Assembly: GCF_036321535.1 (NCBI RefSeq)
Contig: NC_087436.1
Coordinates: 51,586,001 to 51,650,000, forward strand
DNA: 64,000 nt
Origin: Camelus dromedarius
Taxonomy: Eukaryota
Direction of reading: 5' to 3'
In this document: positions 1 to 14,214 of the stretch, in pieces
Layout of the letters: each line of letters begins with the position of its first letter
Position numbering within the stretch: the stretch's first letter is position 1
Translations under genes and position numbers: made by a program
Notes under the pieces: generated by a model
What the model was told of the DNA's origin: nothing
Database searches by the model: none
What the model saw: only the letters and a program-made list of their open reading frames with translations

Positions 1-1050
1 AAAAGGAAAATATTCAATTATAAAGATAATCCAAGAACTTGAAGTAAAAGAGAACAAAAGACACATTAAAATATTTCCTATATAAATTTTAAAATACTTA
101 AAATACAGAAGAAAAAGGAATCAACTCTATGGATCAGTGAGGCATAATCACATTCCAAGAAAAAGTCTCAGAGAAAACATCCTGATTAAATTGCCCTTGG
201 TTTAATGATTATAAAACTTCTTCATATAGCTAAGAAAGAAAAGCAAGTCATCCAAGAAAAGAAAAATATTAGGTTGGTCATTGATTTCTTCAGAGCAGTT
301 TCAAGGCCAGATTATAATGAATAATAAGACACTTCTTACAATAATAATTTTATAGTACATTCATACTATAGAATATTACACAGCAATGAAAAAGAATGAA
401 TCATTGCTATATGCAACATGGATGAATCCAAAGATGTGATGTTGAGTGAAAGAAGAAAAAGAGTATATACTGAATGATTGTATCTACATGAAGTTCAAAA
501 ACAGAAGGAAAAAAAGATCCATGGTGATACAGATGAGAATATTTGGGGGCAAGATTAAGGAATGAAAGCAGATCAAGGGGAGCTTGCTGGGGTACTGAAC
601 ATATTCTATATCTTGATCTGAGTGTTATACAAAGAAAACATATATAAAATTCTATTCATCTGTATATCTTAGATTGTGTAAGTTACACTGCAATAAAAAG
701 GTAAATTAAAATATCAAAAGAAAAAAAGAATGTTCCAGGGTGGCAGATGTTCAGGAGGCCCAGGGACTTATAATAGATGGATGGAGAATTTGGGGAGGGA
801 GCACTAAGGAAAATAAACTAATAAAGCAATTGAAACATTATAACAAGTATTTGAAAATTTGAGGAAAAATGCTAATAGAAGTTTGACAGTTCTGATAGGA
901 AGTTTTGAAAAAAACATTAAAGATAGGTACATTACAAACTATTACATGTAAAATGCAAAAGAAAGTTAAATTAATTACAGAAAAAACAAAAAAGAAAGCA
1001 AGATCATTATACACTCTTTGGATCAATAGTATAAACGTGTAGATAATCAT
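1..1050 (+). mobile_element. Old L1 fragments (ORF1-end-like sequence plus an L1ME/L1MC-like 3' end at ~340-720)
   Basis: A-rich, with L1 3'-end motifs such as CAGCAATGAAAAAGAATGAA...ATGCAACATGGATGAATC...AAGTTCAAAAACAG and AATAAA plus A-run near 692-730. Confidence 0.65.
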
Positions 1051-1406
1051 TGTTATGGACTGAAGATTTATGTCCTACCCCAAATTCATATGTTAATATG
1101 AACAGTATTACAAGGTGGGCTGATGGGAGGTGACTAGGTCATGAGGGTGGAGCTCTCACGAATGGAATTAATGTCCTTATACAAGAGGCTCCAGAGAGAT
1201 CCCTGGCCCCTCCTGCTATATGTGAAGACACAGAAAGAAGTCTGTGTCAGTAGTGTGCAACCCGGAAAAGGGACCTCACCAGAATTCCACCTGCTGGAGC
1301 TCTGATTTCAGATTGCCAGGTTCCAGAACTGTGAGAAATAAATGTTTGGTGTTTAGGCTACCAAGTCTGTGATATCCTATTGAAGCAGCCTAAACAGATT
1401 AAGACA
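1051..1406 (+). mobile_element. MLT1A-like MaLR solo LTR
   Basis: TG...CA termini (TGTTATGGACTGAA ... CAGATTAAGACA), typical CCAGAACTGTGAGAAATAAATG 3' motif, and a perfect 5-bp TSD ATCAT (1046-1050 and 1407-1411). Confidence 0.9.
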
Positions 1407-1507
1407 ATCATAATAATGTAAAATAGGACTAGTAATTTAGCTGCAAGTTGAGATTTAAATATCCTGGAGAATGACGGAAGTGTCAGATCAAGAGACTGAA
1501 ATCCAGA

Positions 1508-1586
1508 AGGAGGGTATAACTCAAAGTGGTAGAACACATGCTTAGCATGCAAGAGGTCCTGGGTTCAATACCCAATACCTCCTCTC

Positions 1587-1605
<19 letters not shown>
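1508..1605 (+). mobile_element. Camelid vic-1-like tRNA-derived SINE (short form)
   Basis: GGAGGGTATAACTCAAAGTGGTAGAACACATGCTTAGCATGCAAGAGGTCCTGGGTTCAATACCC with A-box/B-box, a poly(A) tail, and an approximate AGAGACTGA flanking duplication. Confidence 0.85.
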
Positions 1606-1617
<12 letters not shown>

Positions 1618-3149
1618 GACAATTCTTACCTAGGTTATTCACAGAAAACCAATAGATAATAGTTATAATTAGTAAATTAAGAAATAGTAGTATAAATGTA
1701 TCTTTTAGAAATATCAACTAGAACAACAAAAAAAATTGAAAGAATGGTAATTCTTAAGGTTCCTATGGGGAAGAGAATTGCATTTGGCAAGAGGAAGAGC
1801 AGAGGACTGCTGGTTTTCATTACAGATGTTTTATCACTGTTCAATATGGAAGTGTAACTATGATCAAAATTTAAACAAAGAAAAGTCCAGCCAGCAAATA
1901 GAAGAACCAAAGTAAGCAAAATGGAAATGTACACACTTTGGACCAAGAGCACACAGTAAGTGGAATACATGTATGTCTAGATCAAAGACTAAATACCAAG
2001 AGGGTTATGATGGCATCACAAAATGCAAATGTTAAAAATCTTGATGAAATAAAAGTAATCATAGAATAGGAAAACTGAGCACTTGGGGAGGAGAAAGTAT
2101 AAACTACTAATATCATCCTTCACAGAATTCAGTCTTTTAATAATGCCTAAATTTGAACCTTGAATTTAAATAAGTGACTCCATTCTTTTACTACTTTTTT
2201 GTATCATCATTAAACTTAGAAAGTATTCTGAGTAAATAAATTCTTATCTGAAAATTAATGTCCTTCCATTTTACTTTATATTAATTTAAAATAACTTAAA
2301 GTAAGTTATTATATTTAAAAATAGTACATAGAGTATGTTCTCATTTTAAAATAATCTTGCCCAGATACTCAAAGTACGCAGTAATTCCATTGATTGTTAG
2401 CAACAGATGTTTATGAGAGATAAATTTTTGAGAGATGTATGACTTCCTTTTTCTTACTCTTTCAAATCATTTATATTTTTGTAGTAAACTTGTAATACTT
2501 TATAAAGAAAAGTAATCATTCTTAAAAATCAGTTTGTAAGGTATTATCATGAGTACAACGAACAAAACACGAAAACACCTGTATTCTACGTTTATCTTTT
2601 TTCCTCTGGATATATAACATGTATTTTCCACGCCACTGATGTGGCAATTAACACTATAATGATTTTGAGAGCTACTGTATTTTTATTGAATTATCTATGT
2701 CTTTTCTTATGATATAAATAGTATCTCCAAGGACAGATGCTTCCTCTTTCAACCCATTGGTTCTTACACAATGCCTAGCACAATTTCTTGAACAGATAGT
2801 CAACAAAAATTTTTAAATATATTCATATATACAGAATGAGAAAAAACATCCAGGAGAAAGCATACAGGAATCACACACAAGTTGTATACGAATCATCAGC
2901 ATAGATCTGCTATTCTCTATGTAGTATTTCACCCACCCTCAATGCTAAATAAATACTTAATGAACAAGCACAGACATGGTGTTATATTTTCAACATTTTT
3001 TATGTTTTAGGAACAGTAGAGAAAAAGTTTTCTTTATATTATATGTAGCCAGAGTAAGCTGTGGTTTAGTTATAGAATAATTGGAGTAAAAATAAAACTA
3101 ATAATAATGTAAATTATCAACTGCTTAAAATAAACTAGGACTCTTCATT

Positions 3150-3300
3150 GTTGTACATAATTTCACTTAATTCTCAAAATTTACCCTATTAAGGTACTAA
3201 CGTTAGTCTTATCTTACAGATGGGAAAACTGAATAGGTATTAGAATTATGATTCCAGTGCACTCAGTCTGAGCCTACCGTCTGTGCTTTTAACCTCTAAC
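3150..3300. mobile_element. MIR SINE fragment
   Basis: Core-like CTTATCTTACAGATGGGAAAACTGA. Confidence 0.6.
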
Positions 3301-3899
3301 AGTAAAGTGTACAATAACATATTTAAAAGATTAAAATAGATTCTTGTACTGATATGAGCTAGATTAGTCACTGTGAAGCAGCCTACAGGTTAAACACAAG
3401 TATGTTTGAGTTTATGAAAGCTCACTGGCAGTCTGGTTTCCTATTAAAGAGAAAAGAGGAAACAGACCATGTAACATACTCCAAGAGTACGGTTGTCTAT
3501 GAAGAACTTACAGAACTTCCTTCTTGATTCTAAAACTTAAATCACTAAAATTATAGATTAAGCTATGAACATGTATGAAAGTACAGAATGGGTGCCCCCC
3601 AAGTCATACAGTTGGGTATCACACTACCATAGGAAGACAACCACAGGAAATCAATTCTAGAGACAATCATAACCTCCCTCTCAAAACTTCCCAAGAAAAT
3701 TAGACCGGAATTCTCTCTTACTATACTATGGCCATTTGTCCTGGTGCTGAAATTGCACTTCCTTTAAAATTTATATTTGACTGGTATTTAGTAACCTGTT
3801 TGACAATTTTCAGAAACCTGAAGACTGGCATTAAATGCCATCCCTTTCTTTTCTATGGATTAAATTATTTCAGGCTTTTAATCTTTAATTTTCTCAAAT

Positions 3900-4030
3900 A
3901 TTAGTTACTGAGACTTTCCACGTACCAGGTATGTTCCTAAGCATTTAACATGCATTACTTCATTTAATACTCATAAAACTGTATGGAGTTGGCCTTGTTA
4001 CTCTTATTTTACTGATGATCACATTGATTA
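3900..4030. mobile_element. MIR SINE fragment
   Basis: TACTGAG...CCAGG...CTAAGCATTTAACATGCATTACTTCATTTAATACTCA...TATTTTACTGATGA. Confidence 0.6.
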
Positions 4031-5151
4031 ACTTATCACAGCTATGAAGAAAGTAATTGGTCTTTATGTTACCATCCAATATTTTTGTATGAAACTGTGT
4101 TGAGTAAAAGTACAAAAGTTAATAAAAGGGCTTTTCATTATCCTTATTCTAGAAAGTAGCTTGTCCTTGAGTGACATCTAGTTTGTAGACCCAATGATAG
4201 TTCTCTATGATCTCTCAAGAGGAGCCCACTTGCCTTGCAATGCACTTTGTTTTATACACTTGAACTAAATCAAACCTAAATCACTATTCTGCCCATTTAA
4301 GGAGGGTTATTGTCATTAATGTTGGCCAAATTTCATAGGTTGTTAAATGACATAATAAAAGATGAACCTGAAATATAGAAACACAAAATGTTCATTCCTG
4401 GAAATCATCAAGATAAAAGGAAACTCCTACTGAAGATGCAATTAAAGTCTGCAAATAAATTATTTAAAATGTAAATCTCAAGACTAGCTACATAAATGAC
4501 AGCTTATATTACAATGGGAGGAACAAAATAACTTAGAAATTTACCGTAAAGTGTTCTTTCAGATTCCGTAATGATGCCTTATTTATTTATCTTACAAAAT
4601 AGTGAACAAGTCTTTAAGCTTGAAGAAAATATATACTAATAATTGAAATCAATAATTGTTTTTGCTGTGCGAACAAATTATACTAATACTGCCAAAGAAC
4701 GATACTGACCATAACTCCAAATCCTTCCTGTTATATATGCACAGCTTCAAATGACAGATTTTCTTCTTTTTAAATAAGATCCCATCCCTTACCCAGGTTT
4801 GCGTGTGTAATGGAAAAAGACTGTGCGATGCAACTAACTGGTAACCAAAGTGCAAAAGAAAACAGAAAATTAGAAAGAAATGAGTTATAGCCATAATGGA
4901 TAATGTGAACATTAATCTTGATACAATCACACACAAATATATACATTACTCAAATTATATAGTAAGTGTAACTGAATTGGTCTTATACTCTAACTTTCTA
5001 CGCTAACTAGTACAACAGGGGAACAAAATTAAGGGTTTTCCAAAGGCATTAAGGTAGCAAAATATGGTATAACTCATCTCTCCTCCAGGAAGGTTGGTTA
5101 ATTTCACTTACTCACAGTGGTAAAAAGTACCTGGTGCTTTTTACATACACC

Positions 5152-5635
5152 TGTGTAGCAGATGCTGTTGATACGCATCCCACATCTTCCTGGCCCACTA
5201 GCTTCAGCCTGGTGCTCAGTTGTTAAGCACACTAACCACTTCCAACCTCTACATTGCTGTTACTTTTTCTGGAGCTCAGGGCGCTTCCTCCACCCGTGTG
5301 CCTGCCTGGCAACTCAGAAGTGCTGGGGATTTGGTACATGGAGGCCTGGGGGGCAACCCTCAGTCAATAAGGGATGGAAGTCAGTGTGCAAATAAGTCAG
5401 CTTCTCCATCTTCAGTGGGACAATTCTGAGGTTTGTTCTCCACAGTAATTAGAGAGGTCCTAGTGATATTAATTATAACAGCTCATCACATTATTCTGCT
5501 TATTAATACATACACTGTTGGCTTTTCTCTCTTGTCTCACATTCTCAATTCTCTCACCAGTGCTTCATAGGCTCATCCTCTAAATAAACTACCTGAACTC
5601 ACATCCATTTCTCAGAGTCTTCTTCAGGGGAAAGC
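5152..5635 (+). mobile_element. LTR16-family (ERVL) solo LTR
   Basis: TGTGTAGCAGATGCTG start, GGGACAATTCTGAGG, and 3' AATAAACTACCTGAACTC...TCTCAGAGTCTTCTTCAGGGG. Confidence 0.7.
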
Positions 5636-6379
5636 TTTATAATATGTTAATTAACTTAGTTCTTCTTTTCAAATAGAGGAAGGTACCAACACATCATTTT
5701 AAGATTATGCTTTTCAGCTATGATGAAGAACAATAACCAGCAAAAATTATTTTTATACAAATGCAGAATCTTCCCCTTTTTCCTTTTAACATGCAAATAA
5801 ATGATTCTATGCTTCACAGAACAACCTTGAAAGAGAATTTTTTTTCCTTTCTGTAAAGGAAGCATGGTGTTAACTGTTACAGGATTATTTTGCAAAAGCC
5901 TCTTACCCCCTTATATATAAACTACAAATGTTCAATTCTACCTGCATCACTTTTTATCGCTAATACCAATTGTTAATTTTTTATTAACTGTTAATTGTTA
6001 ATAGTTCATTTTTAAAAGGATAAACATAAATGATTCTAGATCTGTGAGGTGTTTTTAAAATGTTTCAAACTTACCTAGTACAAATTTATGGAATTCTTTT
6101 TTTGCAATGCTTATATCATCTCCCTCCTTTTATTGCCATTACTGTATAGATTACTGAATCTAAGACAACTTTAACCACAAGATAGCCCATTATTTGATAC
6201 TTCTCCAAGAAAAGAATACTGTGATCAAATAAACTCTGATATACTGCAAATTTTAGGATGAATTCTGATTTCACAGAATTCAACCAGCCTGAAAAAAAAA
6301 CTATCAAGATCAATTAAATATGGTAGCAGTACTATCTCACACAGTGTCTTACGTGTTTCTCATTTCTCCAGTTCACACT

Positions 6380-9330
6380 CAAGAATGATCTCCTGAGGAT
6401 CTTAATATTTTTTGTGATCTCTCCAGATTTAATCCTTCCTTGTGGGTTACATCACTTAGGCTCCCATGCCCACTCCAATGGAAAGCACCATCAGAACACC
6501 AGAAAGTGAAAGAAAGGAACTACGAGGTTATTTACTGGACTTGCCACTCCCTTCCCCATTCGAATTTTGGCCGTGGCTGGGTTTTTGGGGGATTGTTTTT
6601 TTGGTTTTTGGTTTTTTTGTGGCTCTTCTGGGGCTTTTCTTCTGTACCTTGTTTTTATGGATCTCTAGTAACCATCTTTCCTCCACCTCCCTCACTGGCA
6701 TAGTAAAGAAGTCCTGCTTGGTCTTCAAATTCTTCCCTATCTCTCTTTGGGTTCTCCAGCCCTGCACATCTTAACAAATAATCCTTTTATTAAATTTCTT
6801 TCAGTTAAAATCTTTGTGGTGGTATCTGTTTCTTGCTAGGATCCTGATAAATACAGGAACTAGGAGTGGCCACAGGAAATAGACCCTTATAGAATGGATT
6901 TTGGATTTGGGTTGCTCACATGACTGTGGAGAACACAAGCAACCCCTCACTAAGTGGAAATAGTACACTGACAATTTATGGCATGCAGAAGCCACATAAT
7001 GACATAATGGCATACGGGATGGACTGTCAATGGAGGAGAAAGTCTTAGGAAATCAAGTATCTATGGAACTTAGTTAATAAGGTGGCAACAGGGATTACAG
7101 AGATGGAGGGGGTTGGTATTATGGCTTCTCTGTCTTAGACAGCATGCACTCACACAAAGACAGAGCTATAACTTCAGTAGCAGGTAAAACCCTCCAAGAA
7201 TCTTAAACTAATGTAAGAGCATTGTTGAGGAAGCTGTGAAATCCTAAGACTTGAGAGAGAAATACTGGGCAGAGATGAGGCTAAAAACATTAACTCCCAA
7301 ATATCCCTGGATCTTTTTTAACCAAGAGAATTTGCACTCTTTGTAAAAACAAATAAACACAAACAAAATAAAAAGCCTTCTAGAACTTCACTTGAGGCAA
7401 CTGCTTTACAAGCAGTGTCAACTTTTCTCTGTACCCATGCCAACATCCCTCACTGATTACCTGTAAGGTCAATAACTAAAGTTAGTTCCCATAAGCAAAA
7501 GGAATATTCTAGAGAAACTACTGTACACACAGAAATTATTACAGGATCTTGCCAATAGATATCAGCATGGGTTTGGAAAGTATGTATGGAACGGATTTTA
7601 AGAGTCATTAGACCAAGGAGGGCAAACCAAAGGACTGTATCCCACTGATTTCATCAATATGGTTATTCATATAAAATTCAGAATTTAATGTGTTATCTAA
7701 AGTACCTGAGAGGCATTAACAGCCAACTAGAATGTATAAGTAAAGCTTGGATTCCCTAGTGACCTACAGTCCATGTGATTACTATGCTAGTACTTGCCTA
7801 CCACAGTGGATACACGGGGTCAGCAGGCAAACTTTTTCTGTAAAGGACTAGATGATAAATACTTGAGGCTTTATGGGCAACATAGGATGTCTTCTCTTCC
7901 TTTCTTCATCCCTTTCTTTCTCCCTCTTTCTCTCTTTCTTTCTCCCTCTCTTCTTTCCTTATTTTTTTCTTTTTCTCCTCCTCCTTCTCCTTTTCTTTCT
8001 TTCTTTTTAATAACCCTTTAAAGATGTAAAAACTATTCTTAGCTCACAGGCTGTACACAAATAGGCCACCAGCTGGATTCTGCCTGTTGGCTTCAGTTTG
8101 CAGACCCTTGCTGTAGAGAATTCTGACATTCCCTTCACTAAGCATTAAGAAATTCAATCATGAAAAGCTCTGTGATGTCTGTCCTCCGTAGCCTGGAGAC
8201 GATGATGACAAATTGGATCTCTGAAATGAAGTTTTTGATGTCAGTGGGGGAATAATGAAGTCTGGATCGGTAGAGAATAAATGGCAGCATATAATTATTA
8301 TAGGCAATTTAAGTAATCAAAGTATTTTCACCACAGGGATCTGTTGTGGTAACTAATTGATCTGAGGGTCCCTAGATATGAAGTATTTGTATAACCTATG
8401 AAGTTTCAATGTCACCTTTACAAACAAAACAATTCTAGGTTTGGGTGCAGAAACTGATTTAAGTTGCAGTAGTGGGAATTCAAAGCCCCCTTACAGTTTA
8501 CGGACTCAGAGCCCTTTGACCAAGGGATGACCAAGTCCCTTTGAGAAAGGATTCTTCTATGCTATACATGGATATAACAGATCTTTTCCCAAGCATTCGT
8601 CAGAGACCTGCAGCTATGTGTTTCCCCATTTTGGTGGCCTCAAAGTGCCGCTACAGCACACTGGTAAGAGTGAACTTACAGAAGTTAGGTGTGATGATAA
8701 ATAACATCTTGCCTTGGGTATGTCTAATAATGGTCCTAGTGGGCCCACAGGGATATCCTGTGGGTATTTTTAAGCCAGGAATGTATGTGGTAATACATGT
8801 ACATAGCCAATGGCAGGATCCTTACAGAGAATGAGGATTTTATCATTGGAAGGGAAAAATGTAAGTCTTTGGAACTATTCAACCCCATCCCCTCCATCAC
8901 CATCAAAACAGTAGATCAAAACAAATACTACATGCTTTGGATCTGAAAATATACTGGAACCAGTCCAAAGTGAATGGCTGTTGCATTAAGGCCCCACTCA
9001 CGATTGTCCCTGGAAGAGAATGGTGAAAGGAAACTATCCCAGTTGATAGAACTCTGGGCAGTATCTCTAATTGTCCACTTTGCTTTGAAGAAAAGGCCTA
9101 AACTACAGATCTACTTTGAGTAAAAAAAGGAGTGGAAAAGGGTATGTTCATTTGAGAATTAAATACACAAACTAGGTTACTAATTAAGAAAATATATCTG
9201 GGAAACATGACCCCACAAGTTACTTTCTTCCATGCAGTGATAGCCTCATACTCTTTGTGGCTTATATAAAGGCAACTTAGAGATCCACCACATTCGCCAG
9301 TGCCAACTGTATCAATGATAAAGGCAATAT
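6380..9330 (+). mobile_element. Decayed ERVL-class provirus remnant (LTR ending ~6854, then internal sequence)
   Basis: LTR-end-like TCTGTTTCTTGCTAGGATCCTGATAAATACA followed by internal sequence that resembles 41910-43620 (e.g. GATCTTGCCAATAGATATCAGCA vs GACCTAGCCAACATATACCAGCA). No intact ORF. Confidence 0.6.
7814..8110. mobile_element. MER58B-like hAT-Charlie DNA transposon with an internal CT-rich tract (~7890-8008), nested in the ERVL remnant
   Basis: GGGGTC...GGCAAACTTTTTCTGTAAAGG...TAGTTTGC-like CAGTTTGCAGACCCTTG inverted termini. Confidence 0.8.
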
Positions 9331-10369
9331 CAGTTTCCTCTTGGCCTTATTCTTTTGTCTTATTTCTCAATTGCTTAACAACTTCAGCATTGAAGATGGA
9401 TATTTATTGTCCTGTCCCCACCTCCATCCTCAGTACAAGTCCCCGAGGTTTTTTACTGAAAAGTGGCTTTGTCCCCAGTGCTATGCAGCCCAAGGCCCAG
9501 GCGCAGAAACTGTCTTTAACCAAACAGGCTAAATGTGTTTTATCAACAGGATGCCACAAAGACCAGTGACAAGACCAGACTGAAGCAGCTAGATCCAAGG
9601 CAGCAGGCAGAGAGGCTTTCCTAACCTTGACTTACCTCTGTGTTTCCATACCAACCCCTGAGAACTAAAGAACACTTACCCTCATTTATCTCTGTGTTTG
9701 TTTCAAAAGTACCAGGGGTTTGGCAGACAAGCTTTGCATCTGTACTGTGACAGATACGTGCTTTGAGAGACATACAGTGGTCAACCACCCCCAACTGGCT
9801 CTGACTTGACCACAGAACACGCCTGCTCACATGAAACCTGGAGGTGTCTGAAAGTTAACCTTTGCTTCATTACCAAGCTAAGATCGCCGCCCAAAGCGGG
9901 GATTTGTACTCTGCTAGGCACAATGTGTGCCACGGGCAAAGGAACTCTGAAAACTGCTCGTGCCGCAGCTGCCCCAGCAGCCCCCAGAAATGTCTGCCCC
10001 TTTCATAGAGTCCGCAAGGCCTACCTGCTTCCTACGCCTTCAAGTTCCCTTACTCCCCTCCTCCCAGGGAGGAGGTGCCTTTAGAGCCGTGAGCATAAAG
10101 CTTGTCTTGCTTGCACCAGACTCTGTTTTGTTCTTGGCAAGAATTCCTTGACCAAGCCAGGGGGTCTTCAGTCCAGCCACGGCCCCAAGAAGCGGGCCTC
10201 ACATCTAACTGAGTAACTAACTGCTTAACACTTGACTGTAAATGTACCACATTTCAAAGTAACATACACTGAAATTCCATTCAATTGTGATAATACACAA
10301 AGTCCAATCACATGGATATGATGGTGTACTTTTTGCTATTCATAGTGTTACAGTTTTAAGAGAAGTACT

Positions 10370-10495
10370 TTAACTCAATTTAACTCAGTATTTTAAGCAT
10401 GAGAAGACACAAATTAGAAAGTTTGAGAAACTTGCCAAAGGTTACCCCAATGGTAAGTCACAGAGAGGGGCTTAAATTCACATCATCTACTGTCA
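10370..10495. mobile_element. MIR SINE fragment
   Basis: ATGAGAAGACAC...ACTTGCCAAAGGTTACCC...GGTAAGT core. Confidence 0.55.
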
Positions 10496-11584
10496 ACTCT
10501 GGTTTGGGTCTCAAACTATACTGCAGGCAATACTATTGAGAAAATGAAATAAAACTGCAGTCCCTTCCTTGGGCTTTCCAGTGGACAAAAGCATGTGATC
10601 AGCTGATGAGATTAAAAAGAGAATTAACCTCAGTTCCACTGGCAAATCTAATTTTGCTGCCCTAGTTCTGAGCAAGAGAAAATCGTGCTGGCATTCCTTT
10701 GTTTCTTTGTCTCCCTCACTATCCATTTCTACCTCCTCTTTCCAACACATAAAATGGTGGCAATAGTAGGGGAAAAAAAAGAGAGAGAGAGAGAGAGTAT
10801 AGGTAATTATGGCTTGAGAGCAATACCAAATCGTTTATGTGTTCCTTTCTGAATTCCTTTCATGGAAATGAATGCTTTTTAGTCACTATTACTGAAGTGT
10901 GTGTGTGTCTATATATACATATCATATATATATGTCAAGGACATGATAAATACACTGTGTCCACAAACTTTAGTGGAATAATACAGCTTAATTATATTGG
11001 CAAGTGTCTGATTATCATTTAGACATTAATGTCTTTCAACAGTTCTCCCATGTGCAAAATTATCTATGATGTCACAGTATAAGACAATAACTGAGTAAGA
11101 ACACATACCTTTAGCAAAACCCTCTGTGAAAAGTTTACCTTAAAATTCACATCCTACTATGGGCATTGTAAACTATCTTAGAAATGGCTGTATACTAGAA
11201 TATATGTACATACTGAAACAAAGAATAGAAGGAATTTCTGCTTGTTCATTGAAAGCAATACCAGCAAGCATGTAAACCCCACCCCACCTTCCTGAGGTCT
11301 GCATCCTCTTGCAACCATTCTTGACCAGAAGGGAAACAGCAGACCCAGCAAAGTGTGCCTCCTACCATTTGCAGAAACAACCTGAGGCCTCTTGGGGCCT
11401 AAGTTCACAGTAAACATGAGTTCTGGGTAGAGATCACATATTAGCAAGTGATCAAAACACTGAGGGCCTCTACAAAACCCCTCAACTCTGGTACAGCACT
11501 TGGTAACAGCTACACTGCCCCATCGTGACTTCATTCTTTTCTCATCACGTGGCCAAGGGCCTACTTGCCTCAGAAACACTTTGG

Positions 11585-11697
11585 GACCTTGATAGAATCA
11601 GAATTTCCTGGGATTGATTCCCAGGAAAGAATCACCCATCATGTAGCTAAAAAACAAGGGTAATTCTTAAGTCCACTCAAGTTTGAGAATTACTGTA
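11585..11697. mobile_element. MER5-like hAT-Charlie fragment
   Basis: GAATCAGAATTTCCTGGGA...GTAATTCTTA...AAGTTTGAGAATTACTG terminus. Confidence 0.6.
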
Positions 11698-14214
11698 GAA
11701 TCTTTTGTTACACTGTTGATATTTCCAATACCATATTTGATGATTATGACTGCAATGTTTATGGCTCAAGTTTTGCTGATATAAAAAAAAGAAAATGCAG
11801 ATTTCAGTCTTTCCTAATGAGAAAAACAAGTGGTTTATAATGTTATTTATTAAGGAACTAAATGCATGTGCATAATTCAGTTCACTAAAATCATTAACTT
11901 GTCAGCTCAAAATCTGCCTTATTTCACCACAATGATTTTTGTTTGTCATATGAGGGACAAATCATTTATTACCAGACAAAGAATACAATATTTGAAATTA
12001 TGTTCCTAAAATTTAGATTGCAATTCTGAAATTAATATTGTATTTATGATGTTTATTCAAAACTACAAAAATTAATATAGACAGTGATGAGGGAGATTTT
12101 ATAATATAATACATGGTTAAGTAAAAGCAATTTTAAGAGAATTCCACTTCATACTAACTTCTATAAAAATTGCTATTTTACTCTTATTAATTCTTATGCT
12201 CCAGGTGTCATATTAAGAAAATTAACAGCCTAGAACTCAGGCATTAACCAGGTTACAAAAGCCAAAGTTTAAAAAAATGAATGTTCAATTACTTTATCCA
12301 TGGCTAATATTTTGTACAAGATTGAATTTAAAACTCTTTTTGGAACTGAAATAATGAAGCATTGGGAGTTCCTGATGGGGCTGTTTTCATTAATATTTGA
12401 CATTTGGAAGTATATACTACAATAAGATCTGTGCATAAATTCTTATAAAAATGTGAACTTTCAGACAAATAAAGATGATTTTAGAATATGAACAATCAGA
12501 AAGAATTATTACAATTGTTTCTACCTTTCTTCTCTCTTATTAAAATGTATTAGGGTACTGTCCACCAAAACCTGAAGCTCTAGACCATATAAAAGTTTTA
12601 AAGATAGAGTCAAGAATGTATGAAAAAAAATGTTTTACACTTACTCTTTAACAACTTTAAAAATCCATTTTATTTACTGAATGTGATTCCTTAATTATCT
12701 ACACTTAAACACAGTGAAGAGAAATCGCTATCCAAGGACTGAATTTTCCCTTACATTTCTTTCTCTGAGTTTGTAAGAATAAAATACTATTAGTATTTAA
12801 AAATGTTACCACTTGAACTTGAGGAAGTCTTGATATCCTGATGTAGCTTACAATTGTAAGCAAAGATGAAAATCAGCAACAGATACTTGAAAAGATACAG
12901 AGATGAAGGGTACAGTTCCTTCACTGGAAATTCTCTATATGTTCTTTCCAGACAGTCATATTTAACAGGTAATCATTCTTACCCTTCTCTGATCCTAGAT
13001 CCTCTCTACTCTAACATTTTACAGTTTTCACTCATTACTTGGATCTTCAGATTATTTACCATGATTTACCATAATTCTCCATAAGTACTATAAAGTTGAT
13101 AAAAATGCCTCAATATCAATTCTATAATCATTTATACCTTTCATACGTTTACTTAAAATCATTTAACAATTATTATTAAAAAAATTGTTCAGACTTCAAG
13201 AGATATAAAGATAATGAAGCATAATTCCCACTCTTTAAGGGACGGGACTTACATGTTATAAAAAGGATGGATTTTTACAAATTACATTAAAAGGTGCTTT
13301 ATTTTAGTATCTCATTAAGACTTGTGGTTGAAGAATCCTCTTATTTATCCTAGGGTTAACTAGAAATACAATCTTGGAAATAAAGTGTCAATAAATCCTT
13401 AAATATCACAAAATGCAGAACTGAACAATTTACACACCCAAAAGATCTAAATTTTACAAAGTCTCTGTTTGAGATTTTAAAAAAAACCTGAAAATATATC
13501 ATGAATCAATATGCAAACCACAGTGAACACCATAAAACCATAAACGCAATGTGAGCCCCTTTATGTATATACACACAGACTCACAATTCCAGACTAGTAT
13601 TATCAATACTTAATTCTTAGTGGAGGACTGTGGTATACCATAGTTTATTCTTATATTATTTTCTATTTTTCAAATGCACATATATTACTTTTATAAGAAA
13701 ATGCCCCAGAAAACTATCTCATATGGTTCTTTTCATGGCAAGGTAGCCTGACTCTAACCGATTTTTTACCATTTGGAGATAATGGCCTCAAAATAATTCC
13801 CTACCAGGGTTAAAAATGGTTCATGTTCTCAGTCATTAAAACAAAACGGGCACATTAAAATAATATTAGTGACTTTTTATAAGGAGTGCACATCTAAATC
13901 GGTTGTCTTTCAGAATATCTTTGTCCCCTGAGGGGGTGGGATGGAACAGGGCATAATGAAAGCAGAGGACATCTGGCACCAAGCCTACCAGAAGTTTAGC
14001 CAGATTATTTCAGGAACAGTTCTCACTTCATCATTGTAAGGCTCTTCAACCTGGTTAAATTGTCTCTTGGTTGTTTCCATTCCTTTATCTGAAAATATGG
14101 AGATACTGATCCTAAATTCCTAGAGATAAAATATTAAGCCTGCATGTCGGGTGGGAGCTGGCCCCCAGCAGTCACGGATAGGTACGGCAGTGATGATGAC
14201 GAGGATGAGGATAA

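Noticed and set aside
210..235. CTTCTTCATATA, a possible reverse complement of BANK1 exon 2 YEE codons
   Set aside because: The flanks do not encode DIIMI/DAEEW and the site lies in L1-derived sequence. Exon 2 is outside the window.
1508..1585. tRNA-like sequence (also 56667-56740)
   Set aside because: A/B boxes are present, but poly(A) tails, TSDs and the lack of a clean cloverleaf indicate SINEs rather than tRNA genes.
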